Assembly (NCBI GenBank): GCA_943789445.1
Contig: CALSUC010000002.1
Location: 460,256 to 524,255 of the forward strand
DNA from: an uncultured Gammaproteobacteria bacterium
GTDB taxonomy: Bacteria; Pseudomonadota; Gammaproteobacteria; UBA4575
Reading direction: 5' to 3'
DNA: 64,000 bases
How positions within the stretch are numbered: the stretch's first letter is position 1; each line of letters begins with the position of its first letter. The notes beneath the pieces were generated by a model. It was not told where the DNA came from, made no database searches, and saw only the letters and a list, made by a program, of their open reading frames with translations. Both the position numbers and the translations under genes were made by a program. This document shows, piece after piece, positions 40,616-50,133 of this stretch.

Positions 40616-41170
40616 TTAGTCCAGAAATAACTCTAATGAATCTAAGTCGATAGCATTTGAGCTGATTGCGGCAACTTGATTGTCCTTATCGAAAAGCAGA
40701 TAGGATGGTGGGCCGACCAATTCTTCTTCGGCAGCCTGCAAATAGTATTCAGCAGCAACCTTTTCTGTGGTCAAGATATGTGTGTAATGTAGATTATTTT
40801 TCTTTATCAAGGCTCGCGCTTTTGTCTCTTCTTCGATGCCATCAAAGGCGACACCCATTAAGTCGAGCTTAAGCTCTGGACGTTCGGCCAGAAAGGCTTG
40901 CAGATGTTTGAAGTCGCTCTTGCAGACAGAACACCAGGTGGCCCAGAACATGACTAATTGCCAACGTCCAGCAGTTAGCTCAGGCTCTAGATGCTGGCCT
41001 AGCTGTTGATTTGCAACAATCAGCTTGGTGTTGTTCTCATCTTGGTTAGCAGTAACTGTGCTGCCAAGAAATAGGGACATCAAAACAATCGCAATAAGGC
41101 TGCGAGCAGCAAGACCTTGAGTAATAGAGTAGTGACGAGATGTGTTGAGTAAAGTAGTCATAGTGGTCAT
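40616..41170 (-). CDS. TlpA/ResA-like thiol-disulfide oxidoreductase
   Basis: A signal anchor is followed by a thioredoxin fold with WATWCSVCK. Confidence 0.8.
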   Translation of the reverse strand: MTTMTTLLNTSRHYSITQGLAARSLIAIVLMSLFLGSTVTANQDENNTKLIVANQQLGQHLEPELTAGRWQLVMFWATWCSVCKSDFKHLQAFLAERPELKLDLMGVAFDGIEEETKARALIKKNNLHYTHILTTEKVAAEYYLQAAEEELVGPPSYLLFDKDNQVAAISSNAIDLDSLELFLD

Positions 41171-41248
41171 CCTAAACTGATTGAGGTTTATAACGAATGG
41201 TGTTGTAAGAGGAGATTTTTTTTGTAGACAGGGTTCACAGCTATAAGT

Positions 41249-41575
41249 TTACTTATTGGTGTAAAGTTTATAGCAGGCGGCTTGTAAATATTGCGCAGCC
41301 ACCTCTGAACGTACGGACTTCGCCTTACGTTTAACACACTGGTCAGCACTATTAAAACCAAACCAGCTGGAATTTTTTTCGATAAAAATGCGCGTATGAA
41401 TAGGGTAGCTATCTTTACATTGGTTAACGATAGATTCTGCTACGGTGTCGTTTTTTACATCAGGCAATTCATTCAGTAGACATTGCCAATAATTATCTTG
41501 CTGGCCCCACCAAGCCTGTCCGTTAGAACTCAGGCAGGTTAGGAATAGCAATGCGATAAATGGGGTCTTTCTCAT
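41249..41575 (-). CDS. Hypothetical secreted protein (4 Cys)
   Basis: It has a signal peptide and is 108 aa. Confidence 0.5.
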   Translation of the reverse strand: MRKTPFIALLFLTCLSSNGQAWWGQQDNYWQCLLNELPDVKNDTVAESIVNQCKDSYPIHTRIFIEKNSSWFGFNSADQCVKRKAKSVRSEVAAQYLQAACYKLYTNK

Positions 41576-41595
41576 ATTAGGAACCTCGTTCCGGC

Positions 41596-43116
41596 TTAGA
41601 GTTGCATCATAGGCTTAATCACCCACAAGCTATAACTGGTGATGACAATAATGGCAATGAGGTTTAACCACAGACCTGCACGAACCATGTCGCCTATACG
41701 TAGATGACCAGAGCCAAAGACAATGGCATTGGGAGGTGTCGCAATCGGCATCATAAAGGCGAAACTGGCAGCCAGTGTGGCAGGAATGATTAGTAAGTGT
41801 GGATGCATCCCTAGGCCTATGGCGATACCCGCGAGTAAGGGGATTAAGGTAGCGGTGGTTGCCGTGTTCGAAGTCAGCTCGGTGAGGAATACGACGCCAC
41901 TGCAAATAATCACTAGAATTACGACTTCTGGTAATTCCGGTAAGAGGTTGGCTTGGGCGCCAATAAAGCTAGCCACTCCGTTTTGCTGTATGGCTTTAGC
42001 TAGTGCAAGGCCACCTCCAAATAAGATGAAAATTCCCCACGGTAGTTTAGTCGCCGTCGGCCAATCCATTAGAAAACGACGTTGTTTGAAATCAGCGGGC
42101 GTGATGAATAGTAGGCAGGCGGCCAACATAGCAATGCCTGCATCGCTTAAGCCAGCTAGTGGCTGTACGGTGTTTCCTGCGATTTGTAATGACCATTGCT
42201 GTAATGAGCTACGGCTGATCCATAAAAATACAGTTAAAGCGAAGATCGACAGCGTAAGGGTCTGGCCGCGATTCAGTGCAGCTAGTTTTATATTGGTCGT
42301 GTCTTTTTGTAATTTAAGTTTGCTGCTGTCAATCGGAAAGCTGACATAGCTGAGCAATAACCAGATGATGGGTAGAAAGATTAAGGCTAGAGGGGCCATC
42401 ATCAAGGTCCATTGACTAAAACTCATATCAAACTGGAATGTTGGCTCTATACCTTCATTTAAAAAACTGGCTAGGAAGAGGTTAGGTGCCGTGCCGATTA
42501 AGGTGGTGGTACCTCCAATGGATGCAGCGTAAGCCAGACCCAGCATAAGACACTTAGCAAAGTTGGTTTGCGCCTGTAGGGTGTCTGTATCCTCATGCTT
42601 TGACAGCGTCTCACTGCTGAAGAGGGCGATAATACTGAGGCCTATGGGTAGCATTAAGGCAGTGGTTGCAGTGTTTGAAATAAAGGCACTTAAGACCGCG
42701 GCGGAAAACATAAAGGCCGCAATAATCGCTCTCGGTGATGTCCCAGAAAGGCGTAATACTTTTGTGGCTAGTCGCTCATCCAATTTCCAACGTTGTAGAG
42801 CTAATGCGATTAAAAAGCCACCCATAAAGAGGAAGATCAGAGGAGAGGCGTAGGCAGCAGTCGTGCTTTTAATGTCATTAATGCCCAAGAGTGGAAACAA
42901 AACGATGGGCAATAAGGCAGTAGCGCTGAGGTCAATCGCCTCGGTTAGCCACCACAAAGCCATTAAAAACGTGACGCAAAGTGTTGTTTTTGCGGCAAAA
43001 GAGAGAGGAGTTAATGCTTTTTGGGTATCGACATAATGGTCGGGTAAGACCAAAAATAGGGCTATTGCCCCTAGTGGCCCAGCGAAAAACCCAATTCGTT
43101 GCAAACTACTATTCAT
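41596..43116 (-). CDS. DASS/SLC13 family anion:sodium symporter
   Basis: A 506-aa polytopic protein with CitT/SLC13-like repeats. Confidence 0.8.
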   Translation of the reverse strand: MNSSLQRIGFFAGPLGAIALFLVLPDHYVDTQKALTPLSFAAKTTLCVTFLMALWWLTEAIDLSATALLPIVLFPLLGINDIKSTTAAYASPLIFLFMGGFLIALALQRWKLDERLATKVLRLSGTSPRAIIAAFMFSAAVLSAFISNTATTALMLPIGLSIIALFSSETLSKHEDTDTLQAQTNFAKCLMLGLAYAASIGGTTTLIGTAPNLFLASFLNEGIEPTFQFDMSFSQWTLMMAPLALIFLPIIWLLLSYVSFPIDSSKLKLQKDTTNIKLAALNRGQTLTLSIFALTVFLWISRSSLQQWSLQIAGNTVQPLAGLSDAGIAMLAACLLFITPADFKQRRFLMDWPTATKLPWGIFILFGGGLALAKAIQQNGVASFIGAQANLLPELPEVVILVIICSGVVFLTELTSNTATTATLIPLLAGIAIGLGMHPHLLIIPATLAASFAFMMPIATPPNAIVFGSGHLRIGDMVRAGLWLNLIAIIVITSYSLWVIKPMMQL

Positions 43117-43169
43117 ACGATAAAAAGTAAGAGTTAAAAAGTGCCCATCGCACGACTATAGTAAATGAT

Positions 43170-44198
43170 ATGACGAATCCAGTTGACCAATTTGATCGGC
43201 CTATGCGCGATCTTAGAATTTCAGTGACCGATCGCTGCAATTTTCGTTGTACCTATTGTATGCCAAAAGAGGTTTTCAATTCGAAATATCAATTTCTACC
43301 GCGTACTGACTTACTCTCATTTGAAGAAATCACCCGTCTAGCTGGATTATTCGCTGCGCAGGGCGTGCGTAAGTTACGTCTTACCGGTGGTGAACCACTG
43401 CTGCGTAAGAACCTCGATGTCTTGGTCACTGAGCTGGCTAAGATAGACGGTATAGAAGACATTGCCTTGACTACTAATGCTTCCATCTTAACCTTGCCAC
43501 GTGCAGAGCAGCTACGTGATGCAGGCCTAGATCGTATTACTGTCAGTTTAGATGCGATTGATGAACAACGCTTCCGACAGATGAATGATATGGATGTATC
43601 AGTCGAGAAGGTATTACAAGGTATCGACAATGCGGAGCGTGCCGGCTTTGATAACATCAAGGTCAACATGGTCGTACAAAAAGGCGTCAACGAAGAAGAG
43701 ATCGTGCCGATGGCGCGGTACTTCAAAGATAGTAAGCAGATTTTGCGATTTATCGAATTTATGGATGTTGGTACGACTAATGGCTGGAATCTCGAGCAAG
43801 TGGTTTCAGGGCAAGAAATCGTCGAAAGAATTAGCGAGCATTTTGAGTTGGAACCTTTAGACCCCAATTATCGTGGTGAAGTCGCTAAACGCTGGCGTTA
43901 TGTCGATGGTGGCAACGAGTTTGGTTTGATTACCTCGGTGACTGAAGCCTTCTGTGGTGATTGTAGCCGTGTTCGATTATCTGCTAAGGGTAGTGTTTAT
44001 AGTTGTTTATTTGCTTCACGCGGTACGGACTTACGTCATCTATTGCGAGGTGGTGCAAATGACGAGGTCGTCAATGCAGTCATCGCAGATATGTGGAAGG
44101 CGCGTAGTGATCGTTATTCTGAGATTCGTGGTGCAGGAGAATCTACGGCAGAAGAGCATGTCTTAGAAAAAGTCGAGATGTCCTACATCGGTGGCTGA
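43170..44198 (+). CDS. moaA: GTP 3',8-cyclase MoaA
   Basis: It has the radical-SAM CNFRCTYCMP motif and a C-terminal Cys cluster; the product is 342 aa. Confidence 0.92.
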   Translation: MTNPVDQFDRPMRDLRISVTDRCNFRCTYCMPKEVFNSKYQFLPRTDLLSFEEITRLAGLFAAQGVRKLRLTGGEPLLRKNLDVLVTELAKIDGIEDIALTTNASILTLPRAEQLRDAGLDRITVSLDAIDEQRFRQMNDMDVSVEKVLQGIDNAERAGFDNIKVNMVVQKGVNEEEIVPMARYFKDSKQILRFIEFMDVGTTNGWNLEQVVSGQEIVERISEHFELEPLDPNYRGEVAKRWRYVDGGNEFGLITSVTEAFCGDCSRVRLSAKGSVYSCLFASRGTDLRHLLRGGANDEVVNAVIADMWKARSDRYSEIRGAGESTAEEHVLEKVEMSYIGG

Positions 44199-44589
44199 AG
44201 ACACTAGCAACAGCAGTTTATTCGATCAAATCGGTGGCCAAACGGCGGTCTTTAATCTAGCCGATCAATTCTATCTAGTGATGCAACGTGAAGCAGAGTT
44301 GTCAAAGTTACTCGTGATGCATCCTAGTAATCTCACGCGTTCGCGTAAAAAATTAGCAGGATACCTCTGCCAATGGTTCGGTGGACCAGCCTTATTTGGA
44401 GAAGACTACATGTCTGCTGAATGGATCAGGCAGCGGCATCAGCACTTACAGATTGGTTTTGAAGAGCGAGATCAATGGCTGCGTTGTATGCATCTTGCGA
44501 TGAAAGATCTAGGTTATAACGATCAACTCAGACATGCCTTGGGCCGAAAGTTTTTTCAGCTAGCAGGGTTTATTAGGACCACAGTTTAG
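44191..44589 (+). CDS. Group II truncated hemoglobin (2/2 Hb, GlbO-like)
   Basis: FDQIGGQTAVFNLADQFY matches the trHbO N-terminus. The GTG start overlaps the moaA stop. Confidence 0.7.
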   Translation: MAEDTSNSSLFDQIGGQTAVFNLADQFYLVMQREAELSKLLVMHPSNLTRSRKKLAGYLCQWFGGPALFGEDYMSAEWIRQRHQHLQIGFEERDQWLRCMHLAMKDLGYNDQLRHALGRKFFQLAGFIRTTV

Positions 44590-44634
44590 ATAAGTTTTTT
44601 ATCGGTCTGCGATAGGGTCACTATTGTGAGGGGG

Positions 44635-45159
44635 TTATTTTTCTTTCAGCCGTGGCATCAGCTCGACTAGATTGCAGGGGCGATGACGGTAATCTAATTG
44701 CTGGTTGATTAGTTTATCCCAAGCATCAGCACAGGCACCTGAAGAGCCCGGCAGACAGAACAGGTAACAACCATTAGCAACGCCAGCAGTGGTTCTTGAT
44801 TGCAGGGTAGAGGTTGAGATCGATTCAAACGATAAGACGCGGAACATTTCACCAAAACCTTGGATTTCTTTATCAAATAACGGTGTGATCGCCTCAGGTG
44901 TGCCATCACGCCCAGTGACTCCAGTACCACCGGTGGTCAATATGACATCGACAGCAGGGTCAGCGATCCAATGCGATACCGTTGCACGTATTTGATAAAT
45001 ATCATCACGATTTATCGCCTTTTCATATAAGTTATGGCCCGCCTTTTGTAGCCGTGCCACTAGTAATTTTCCAGACTTATCCTGGTCTTCACCACGGCTG
45101 TCTGACACCGTTAGTACGGCAATAGAAAGTGCTTTGAAATCTCGTTTTTGATCAATCAT
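44635..45159 (-). CDS. moaB: Molybdenum cofactor biosynthesis protein MoaB (MogA/MoaB family)
   Basis: The product is 174 aa and contains TTGGTG. Confidence 0.8.
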   Translation of the reverse strand: MIDQKRDFKALSIAVLTVSDSRGEDQDKSGKLLVARLQKAGHNLYEKAINRDDIYQIRATVSHWIADPAVDVILTTGGTGVTGRDGTPEAITPLFDKEIQGFGEMFRVLSFESISTSTLQSRTTAGVANGCYLFCLPGSSGACADAWDKLINQQLDYRHRPCNLVELMPRLKEK

Positions 45160-45258
45160 GGAAGGGACACCGTCTCCAAGCCAAATAGGGCTTATAAATT
45201 CGCTCGTGCAAAACTAGGGCTACGGGCAAGATGATAGAGCGATAGATTATATCGATTA

Positions 45259-45771
45259 ATGCAGGGTTTGGTGAAAAAGAATAGACTAAGCACAGTCCAT
45301 TTCCTTGCAGACAGCATGATTATTGAATTATTTGCAGAGCCTTTCGACCCCTGGTCTTGGCTGCAGAATTACCAACAGGCCCAATCCACCATGGCTGAAT
45401 CCGCAGTCGGCCATAAGGTGGGTGCGACTAATGTGTTTGTTGGCACTATGCGTGATTTTAACGAGGGTGACGATGTCCAAAGTATGGTCTTAGAGCATTA
45501 TTCAGGTATGACCGAAAAGCATCTGACAGCGATTGCGCAAGATGCTATGGAACAATGGGATATCGAAGATATTGCGATTGCACATCGCTATGGTGAGGTT
45601 TTTCCAGGGGATACCTTGGTTTGTATTGTAGTCTGGTCATCTCACCGTAAAGCAGCGTACGAGGCTAATCGTAGGGTCATGGAAGATCTGAAATCGAAGG
45701 CACCGTTCTGGAAAAAAGAAACCTTGAGCGAAGGATATCGCTGGGTAGCAAAGAATACCAAAGGTTATTAA
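45259..45771 (+). CDS. moaE: Molybdopterin synthase catalytic subunit MoaE
   Basis: HYSGMTEKHL...APFWKKE matches MoaE. An alternative start at ATG 45316 is possible, and no moaD lies upstream. Confidence 0.8.
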   Translation: MQGLVKKNRLSTVHFLADSMIIELFAEPFDPWSWLQNYQQAQSTMAESAVGHKVGATNVFVGTMRDFNEGDDVQSMVLEHYSGMTEKHLTAIAQDAMEQWDIEDIAIAHRYGEVFPGDTLVCIVVWSSHRKAAYEANRRVMEDLKSKAPFWKKETLSEGYRWVAKNTKGY

Positions 45772-45780
45772 GGCCCCCTC

Positions 45781-46557
45781 ATGCATATTTTTCTTTGGCT
45801 GTTTGGCCTAAGCGTAGCGCTGTATCTGGCTGGTGCAGTAGTACTCACCTTATTTCAACGCAGCTTTATTTACTGGCCGACGTCTGTGGTGCAGCGTAGT
45901 GATGCGATTCGCAGCTTTAGTTTGGAAAGCGATGATGCACAGTTACAGATCTGGCAGATCAATCCGGGGCAGGGGCTGGCGATTATCTACTTTGGTGGGA
46001 ATTGTGAAAAAGTTGCGCTCAAGGCTGAGTATTGGCAGACCTTATTTCCGAATCATACGATCTATCTGAACGAATATCGTGGCTATGGCGAGAGCACGGG
46101 CAAGCCAAAGCAAACACAGCTCTACCAAGATGCACTCAATCTATATGACGCCTTAGCACCTAAGCATCAAAGCGTCGATGTCATAGGGCGTAGTTTGGGG
46201 GCGGCTATGGCAATCTACTTGGCTGCTCATCGCAAGCTTGGTCGTCTCGTCTTAGTCACTCCCTTTGATAGCATGCTGCATCTGGTACAACGCATATATT
46301 GGATCTTTCCAGTAGGGCTAATGCTCAAGGAGCGTTACCCATCGGTAGATTTTGCCGCCAAAGTGACTGTGCCAACCTTAGTTGTGATCGCAGACAAAGA
46401 TAAAGTCGTGCCACCACGCCATGCTTGGCAGTTATTTGAGGCCCTACCCAATGATTTGCGTCAAAGTGTGGTGCTTGAAGGGCATGGGCATAATCAATTT
46501 CATACCGAGCCTGTGTATGAGCAAGCGCTTTTACAGTTTTTTAAGCAATCGACGTGA
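45781..46557 (+). CDS. Alpha/beta hydrolase
   Basis: The GRSLG nucleophile elbow is present, together with a catalytic His/Asp. Confidence 0.7.
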   Translation: MHIFLWLFGLSVALYLAGAVVLTLFQRSFIYWPTSVVQRSDAIRSFSLESDDAQLQIWQINPGQGLAIIYFGGNCEKVALKAEYWQTLFPNHTIYLNEYRGYGESTGKPKQTQLYQDALNLYDALAPKHQSVDVIGRSLGAAMAIYLAAHRKLGRLVLVTPFDSMLHLVQRIYWIFPVGLMLKERYPSVDFAAKVTVPTLVVIADKDKVVPPRHAWQLFEALPNDLRQSVVLEGHGHNQFHTEPVYEQALLQFFKQST

Positions 46558-46771
46558 TTTATAGCGGCTTGATGTTAGTAATTAAGGGGGCTGAACTTAA
46601 TTTAGCCAAAGGACGCAAATAAACGTATAGTTTTTCGGATCTTTCTTAATCTTTCCCCGCTGTTTGTCGAGACAATGATCAGTCTTGTTAAGCGTGAGTG
46701 GGTTTGGTAAAAAATGAGGCACCCGCAAATATATGTGGGGCTGGTAGCTTGAGTGGAGTTGAAGAGTAGGC

Positions 46772-47497
46772 ATGATAGAAATAGAACAGTTAACCAAGAG
46801 ATTCGGTCTTTTTACTGCAGTAGACGGTATTTCTTTTGATGTTGAGCCAGGTCAGGTGCTGGGGTTTTTAGGCCCTAATGGCGCTGGTAAATCAACCACG
46901 ATGAAAATGATCACAGGCTTTTTGGCGCCGACCTCGGGTCAAGTCAGGGTTTGTGGTCACAAAGTCGAAGGTGACGCGCGCGACGCTAAGCGTGTCATGG
47001 GCTATCTACCAGAAGGCGCGCCTAGTTATGGCGAGATGACGGTGGCTCAATTTCTCTCCTTCATTGCCGATGTCAGATTATTGAAAGGTGCTGAGCGCAA
47101 GCAGCGTACCGACTCTGTTATCGAGCAACTGAATCTACAAGCGGTGATTAATCAACCGGTAGAAACTCTATCTAAAGGTTTTAAGCGCCGAGTAGGTATG
47201 GCGCAGGCGATTCTGCATGACCCACAGGTCTTGATTATGGATGAACCTACCGACGGTCTTGATCCCAATCAAAAGCATGAGGTGCGCGAGCTAATCAAGG
47301 GCATGGCGCAGGATAAGATCGTGATTATTTCAACCCATATATTAGAAGAGGTCGACGCGGTTTGTTCGCGTGCGATCATTATCGCCAGAGGCCGTATTGT
47401 TGCTGATGAAACCCCACAAAGCTTGTTAGCCCGTTCGCCCAGTGGCAAATTGGATGACGTGTTCCGCGAAATCACCTGTGCTGAGGTGCGATCATGA
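46772..47497 (+). CDS. ABC transporter ATP-binding protein (GldA-like)
   Basis: Walker A GPNGAGKST, the signature motif and Walker B are present. Confidence 0.85.
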   Translation: MIEIEQLTKRFGLFTAVDGISFDVEPGQVLGFLGPNGAGKSTTMKMITGFLAPTSGQVRVCGHKVEGDARDAKRVMGYLPEGAPSYGEMTVAQFLSFIADVRLLKGAERKQRTDSVIEQLNLQAVINQPVETLSKGFKRRVGMAQAILHDPQVLIMDEPTDGLDPNQKHEVRELIKGMAQDKIVIISTHILEEVDAVCSRAIIIARGRIVADETPQSLLARSPSGKLDDVFREITCAEVRS

Positions 47498-48228
47498 ATA
47501 ATATTGCTATCATTTTACGACGTGAGCTTAGTGCCTATTTTGCGACACCTGTCGCTTATGTTTTTATCGTTATCTTCTTGGTCTTAAGTGGCGCCTTAAC
47601 TTTTCACCTAGGTGGATTTTATGAACGTGGTCAAGCAGATTTAGCACCCTTCTTTAATTTCCATCCTTGGCTGTATCTGTTCTTGGTGCCTGCGATTTCT
47701 ATGCGTCTATGGGCCGAGGAACGTAAGTCCGGCAATATTGAATTGTTGCTGACTCTGCCGATCACGATGGCAGAAGCAGTAGTTGGTAAGTTCTTAGCGG
47801 CCTGGTTATTTACCGGTATCGCCTTGGTCTTAACCTTCCCACTTTGGATTAGTGTCAACTACTTAGGTGATCCAGATAACGGCGTTATCTTGGCAGCCTA
47901 TATTGGTAGCATGTTAATGGCCGGTGGTTTTCTTGCGATTGGTGCCTGCATTTCAGCAACGACTAAGAATCAGGTTATTGCCTTTATTATTAGTGTCGTC
48001 ATTTGTTTTGCCTTTTTACTCAGCGGGTTTTCTATTGTCTTAGATTTCTTCCGCGCATGGGCACCGCAGATGGTAGTGGATGCAATTGCTTCACTCAGCT
48101 TCCTCACTCATTTCTCTTCGATCAGCAAGGGTGTGATCGATCTACGAGACATTATTTACTTCATTAGTTTGATTGCGTTCTGGCTATATGCCAACACCGT
48201 GGTCATTGAACTGAAAAAAGCGAGTTAA
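47494..48228 (+). CDS. ABC-2 family permease (GldF-like)
   Basis: A six-TM ABC-2 permease that overlaps the upstream gene by 4 nt. Confidence 0.75.
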   Translation: MNNIAIILRRELSAYFATPVAYVFIVIFLVLSGALTFHLGGFYERGQADLAPFFNFHPWLYLFLVPAISMRLWAEERKSGNIELLLTLPITMAEAVVGKFLAAWLFTGIALVLTFPLWISVNYLGDPDNGVILAAYIGSMLMAGGFLAIGACISATTKNQVIAFIISVVICFAFLLSGFSIVLDFFRAWAPQMVVDAIASLSFLTHFSSISKGVIDLRDIIYFISLIAFWLYANTVVIELKKAS

Positions 48229-48230
48229 GT

Positions 48231-50105
48231 GTGAAATCTAAAAATGCAAAAACCATAGGCTATGTCGGCTTAGCATTACTTGCGGTCTTGTTTGTTGTGG
48301 TCAATATGGTCAGCAATAAGCTTTTTCAAGGCACCCGTGTTGATCTGACCGAGAATCAGTTATATACCTTATCGCCAGGGACTCTGAATATTGTCGGTAA
48401 TATCCAAGAGCCGATTACCTTGTATTACTTTTTCTCTGATCAAGCCACTGAGAATGTACCGCAGTTGCGTACATATGCCACCCGTGTGCGTGAGTTATTA
48501 AGTGAATATGCACAGTTATCGAATGGCAAGATCACGCTGAAGACGATTGATCCAATCCCTTATTCTGAAGAAGAAGATCAAGCGACTGAGTTTGGTTTGC
48601 AGGGTATTCCTGTAGATGCTTCAGGTAAGAGTATTTACTTCGGTTTAGCGGGTAGTAATTCAGTGGGTGACGCTGAAGTCATTGCCTTCTTTCAGCCAAA
48701 TAAAGAACAGTTCCTAGAATATGATGTCAGTAAGCTGATTTACAGCTTGCAAAACACCAAGAAGCCAGTGGTTGGATTAATCTCGCGTCTACCGATGTTC
48801 TCTTCCTTTGATGTTGAGACCCAGCGCATTCGTGATCCATGGGTGATCTCAACGCAACTGCAACAGTTCTTTGATGTTCGTAGTATTGATTTTGCGGCCA
48901 CTGAATTCGATCAAGATCTAGAGTTATTGATTGTGGTGCAGCCGCGTGATTTCAGCCAAGACACGCTGTATGCCATTGACCAATACGTCATGCAGGGTGG
49001 TAATCTTTTAGTCTTTGTTGATCCTTATGCCGAGGCCGATGTGCCAATAATACAGCAGGACTCACCAATAGAAGCAGCGGGTGCCCGTAGCTCTAACCTG
49101 CAAGCCTTGCTTGGCCCTTGGGGTATTGAGTTCACTCCAGCAGAAGTCGTAGGTGATCGTAAATATGCCTTAACGATCGACACAGGTGATGGTAAGCAGG
49201 AAAGACATTACGCTATTCTGGGTCTGGATAAGGCGGCCTTTAACGCCGCTGAAAGTAGCACTGCTGGTCTTGATTTCATCACCATGGCGATAGCCGGTCA
49301 TGTGCGACCAAAAGCCGATGCAGATATTGGTTTTACACCATTGATTACGGCCAGTAATGAATCTGCATTATTTGAAACAAGTAAGTTCCGCTTCCTACCT
49401 AAGGTCAGTGCCTTGGCCGAGGGCTTTCAGCCTACTGGTGAAGAATATACGCTGGCAGCACACTTCCAATTACGTCCAAGCACAGCCTTTCCACAGGGTG
49501 CGCCTAATGCCGATGCAAAACAGCAGGCGCATCTAACGCAAAGTCCAGAAGAGGTGAATATTGTCGTCGTTGCCGATGCCGATATGCTGGCTGATCGGAT
49601 GTGGGTTAAGGTGCAAAATATGTTTGGTCAGAAGATCACTGAGCCTTGGGCATCTAATGGTGATTTCACGATTAACCTAGTAGATAACCTGTTGGGCAGC
49701 AACGATCTGATCAGTGTGCGTGGCCGTGCGGCAGCGACTAAACCCTTTACCTTGGTAGAAGAGCTAAGGCGTGAAGCAGACGATCAGTTCCGTGTGCAAG
49801 AACAGGCCTTGCAGACCAGACTGCGTGAGACTGAACAAAAGATTGCCTCACTGCAATCACAGCGTAGTGATGATGGTCAGGTGTTATTGAGTCCAGAGCA
49901 AAGTCAGGCGATTGCACGCTTCCAAGCAGAGAAGCTAGAGGTCAGAAAACAACTACGTCGAGTGCGACATGAGTTGGATAAAAATATTCGTAGCCTAGGC
50001 TCTCAGCTAAAGGCGATTAATATCGGCTTAGTGCCAGCCTTGATTACCCTGATCGCTTTGATTATCTCCGTTGTACGTCTGCGTAAACGTGCCCGTCGAG
50101 ATTAA
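48231..50105 (+). CDS. GldG-like ABC-transporter auxiliary protein
   Basis: The 624-aa product has N- and C-terminal TM anchors and a coiled-coil. Confidence 0.7.
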   Translation: MKSKNAKTIGYVGLALLAVLFVVVNMVSNKLFQGTRVDLTENQLYTLSPGTLNIVGNIQEPITLYYFFSDQATENVPQLRTYATRVRELLSEYAQLSNGKITLKTIDPIPYSEEEDQATEFGLQGIPVDASGKSIYFGLAGSNSVGDAEVIAFFQPNKEQFLEYDVSKLIYSLQNTKKPVVGLISRLPMFSSFDVETQRIRDPWVISTQLQQFFDVRSIDFAATEFDQDLELLIVVQPRDFSQDTLYAIDQYVMQGGNLLVFVDPYAEADVPIIQQDSPIEAAGARSSNLQALLGPWGIEFTPAEVVGDRKYALTIDTGDGKQERHYAILGLDKAAFNAAESSTAGLDFITMAIAGHVRPKADADIGFTPLITASNESALFETSKFRFLPKVSALAEGFQPTGEEYTLAAHFQLRPSTAFPQGAPNADAKQQAHLTQSPEEVNIVVVADADMLADRMWVKVQNMFGQKITEPWASNGDFTINLVDNLLGSNDLISVRGRAAATKPFTLVEELRREADDQFRVQEQALQTRLRETEQKIASLQSQRSDDGQVLLSPEQSQAIARFQAEKLEVRKQLRRVRHELDKNIRSLGSQLKAINIGLVPALITLIALIISVVRLRKRARRD

Positions 50106-50133
50106 TCTTAGTACTAACCGCGAGTTTTAAAGC

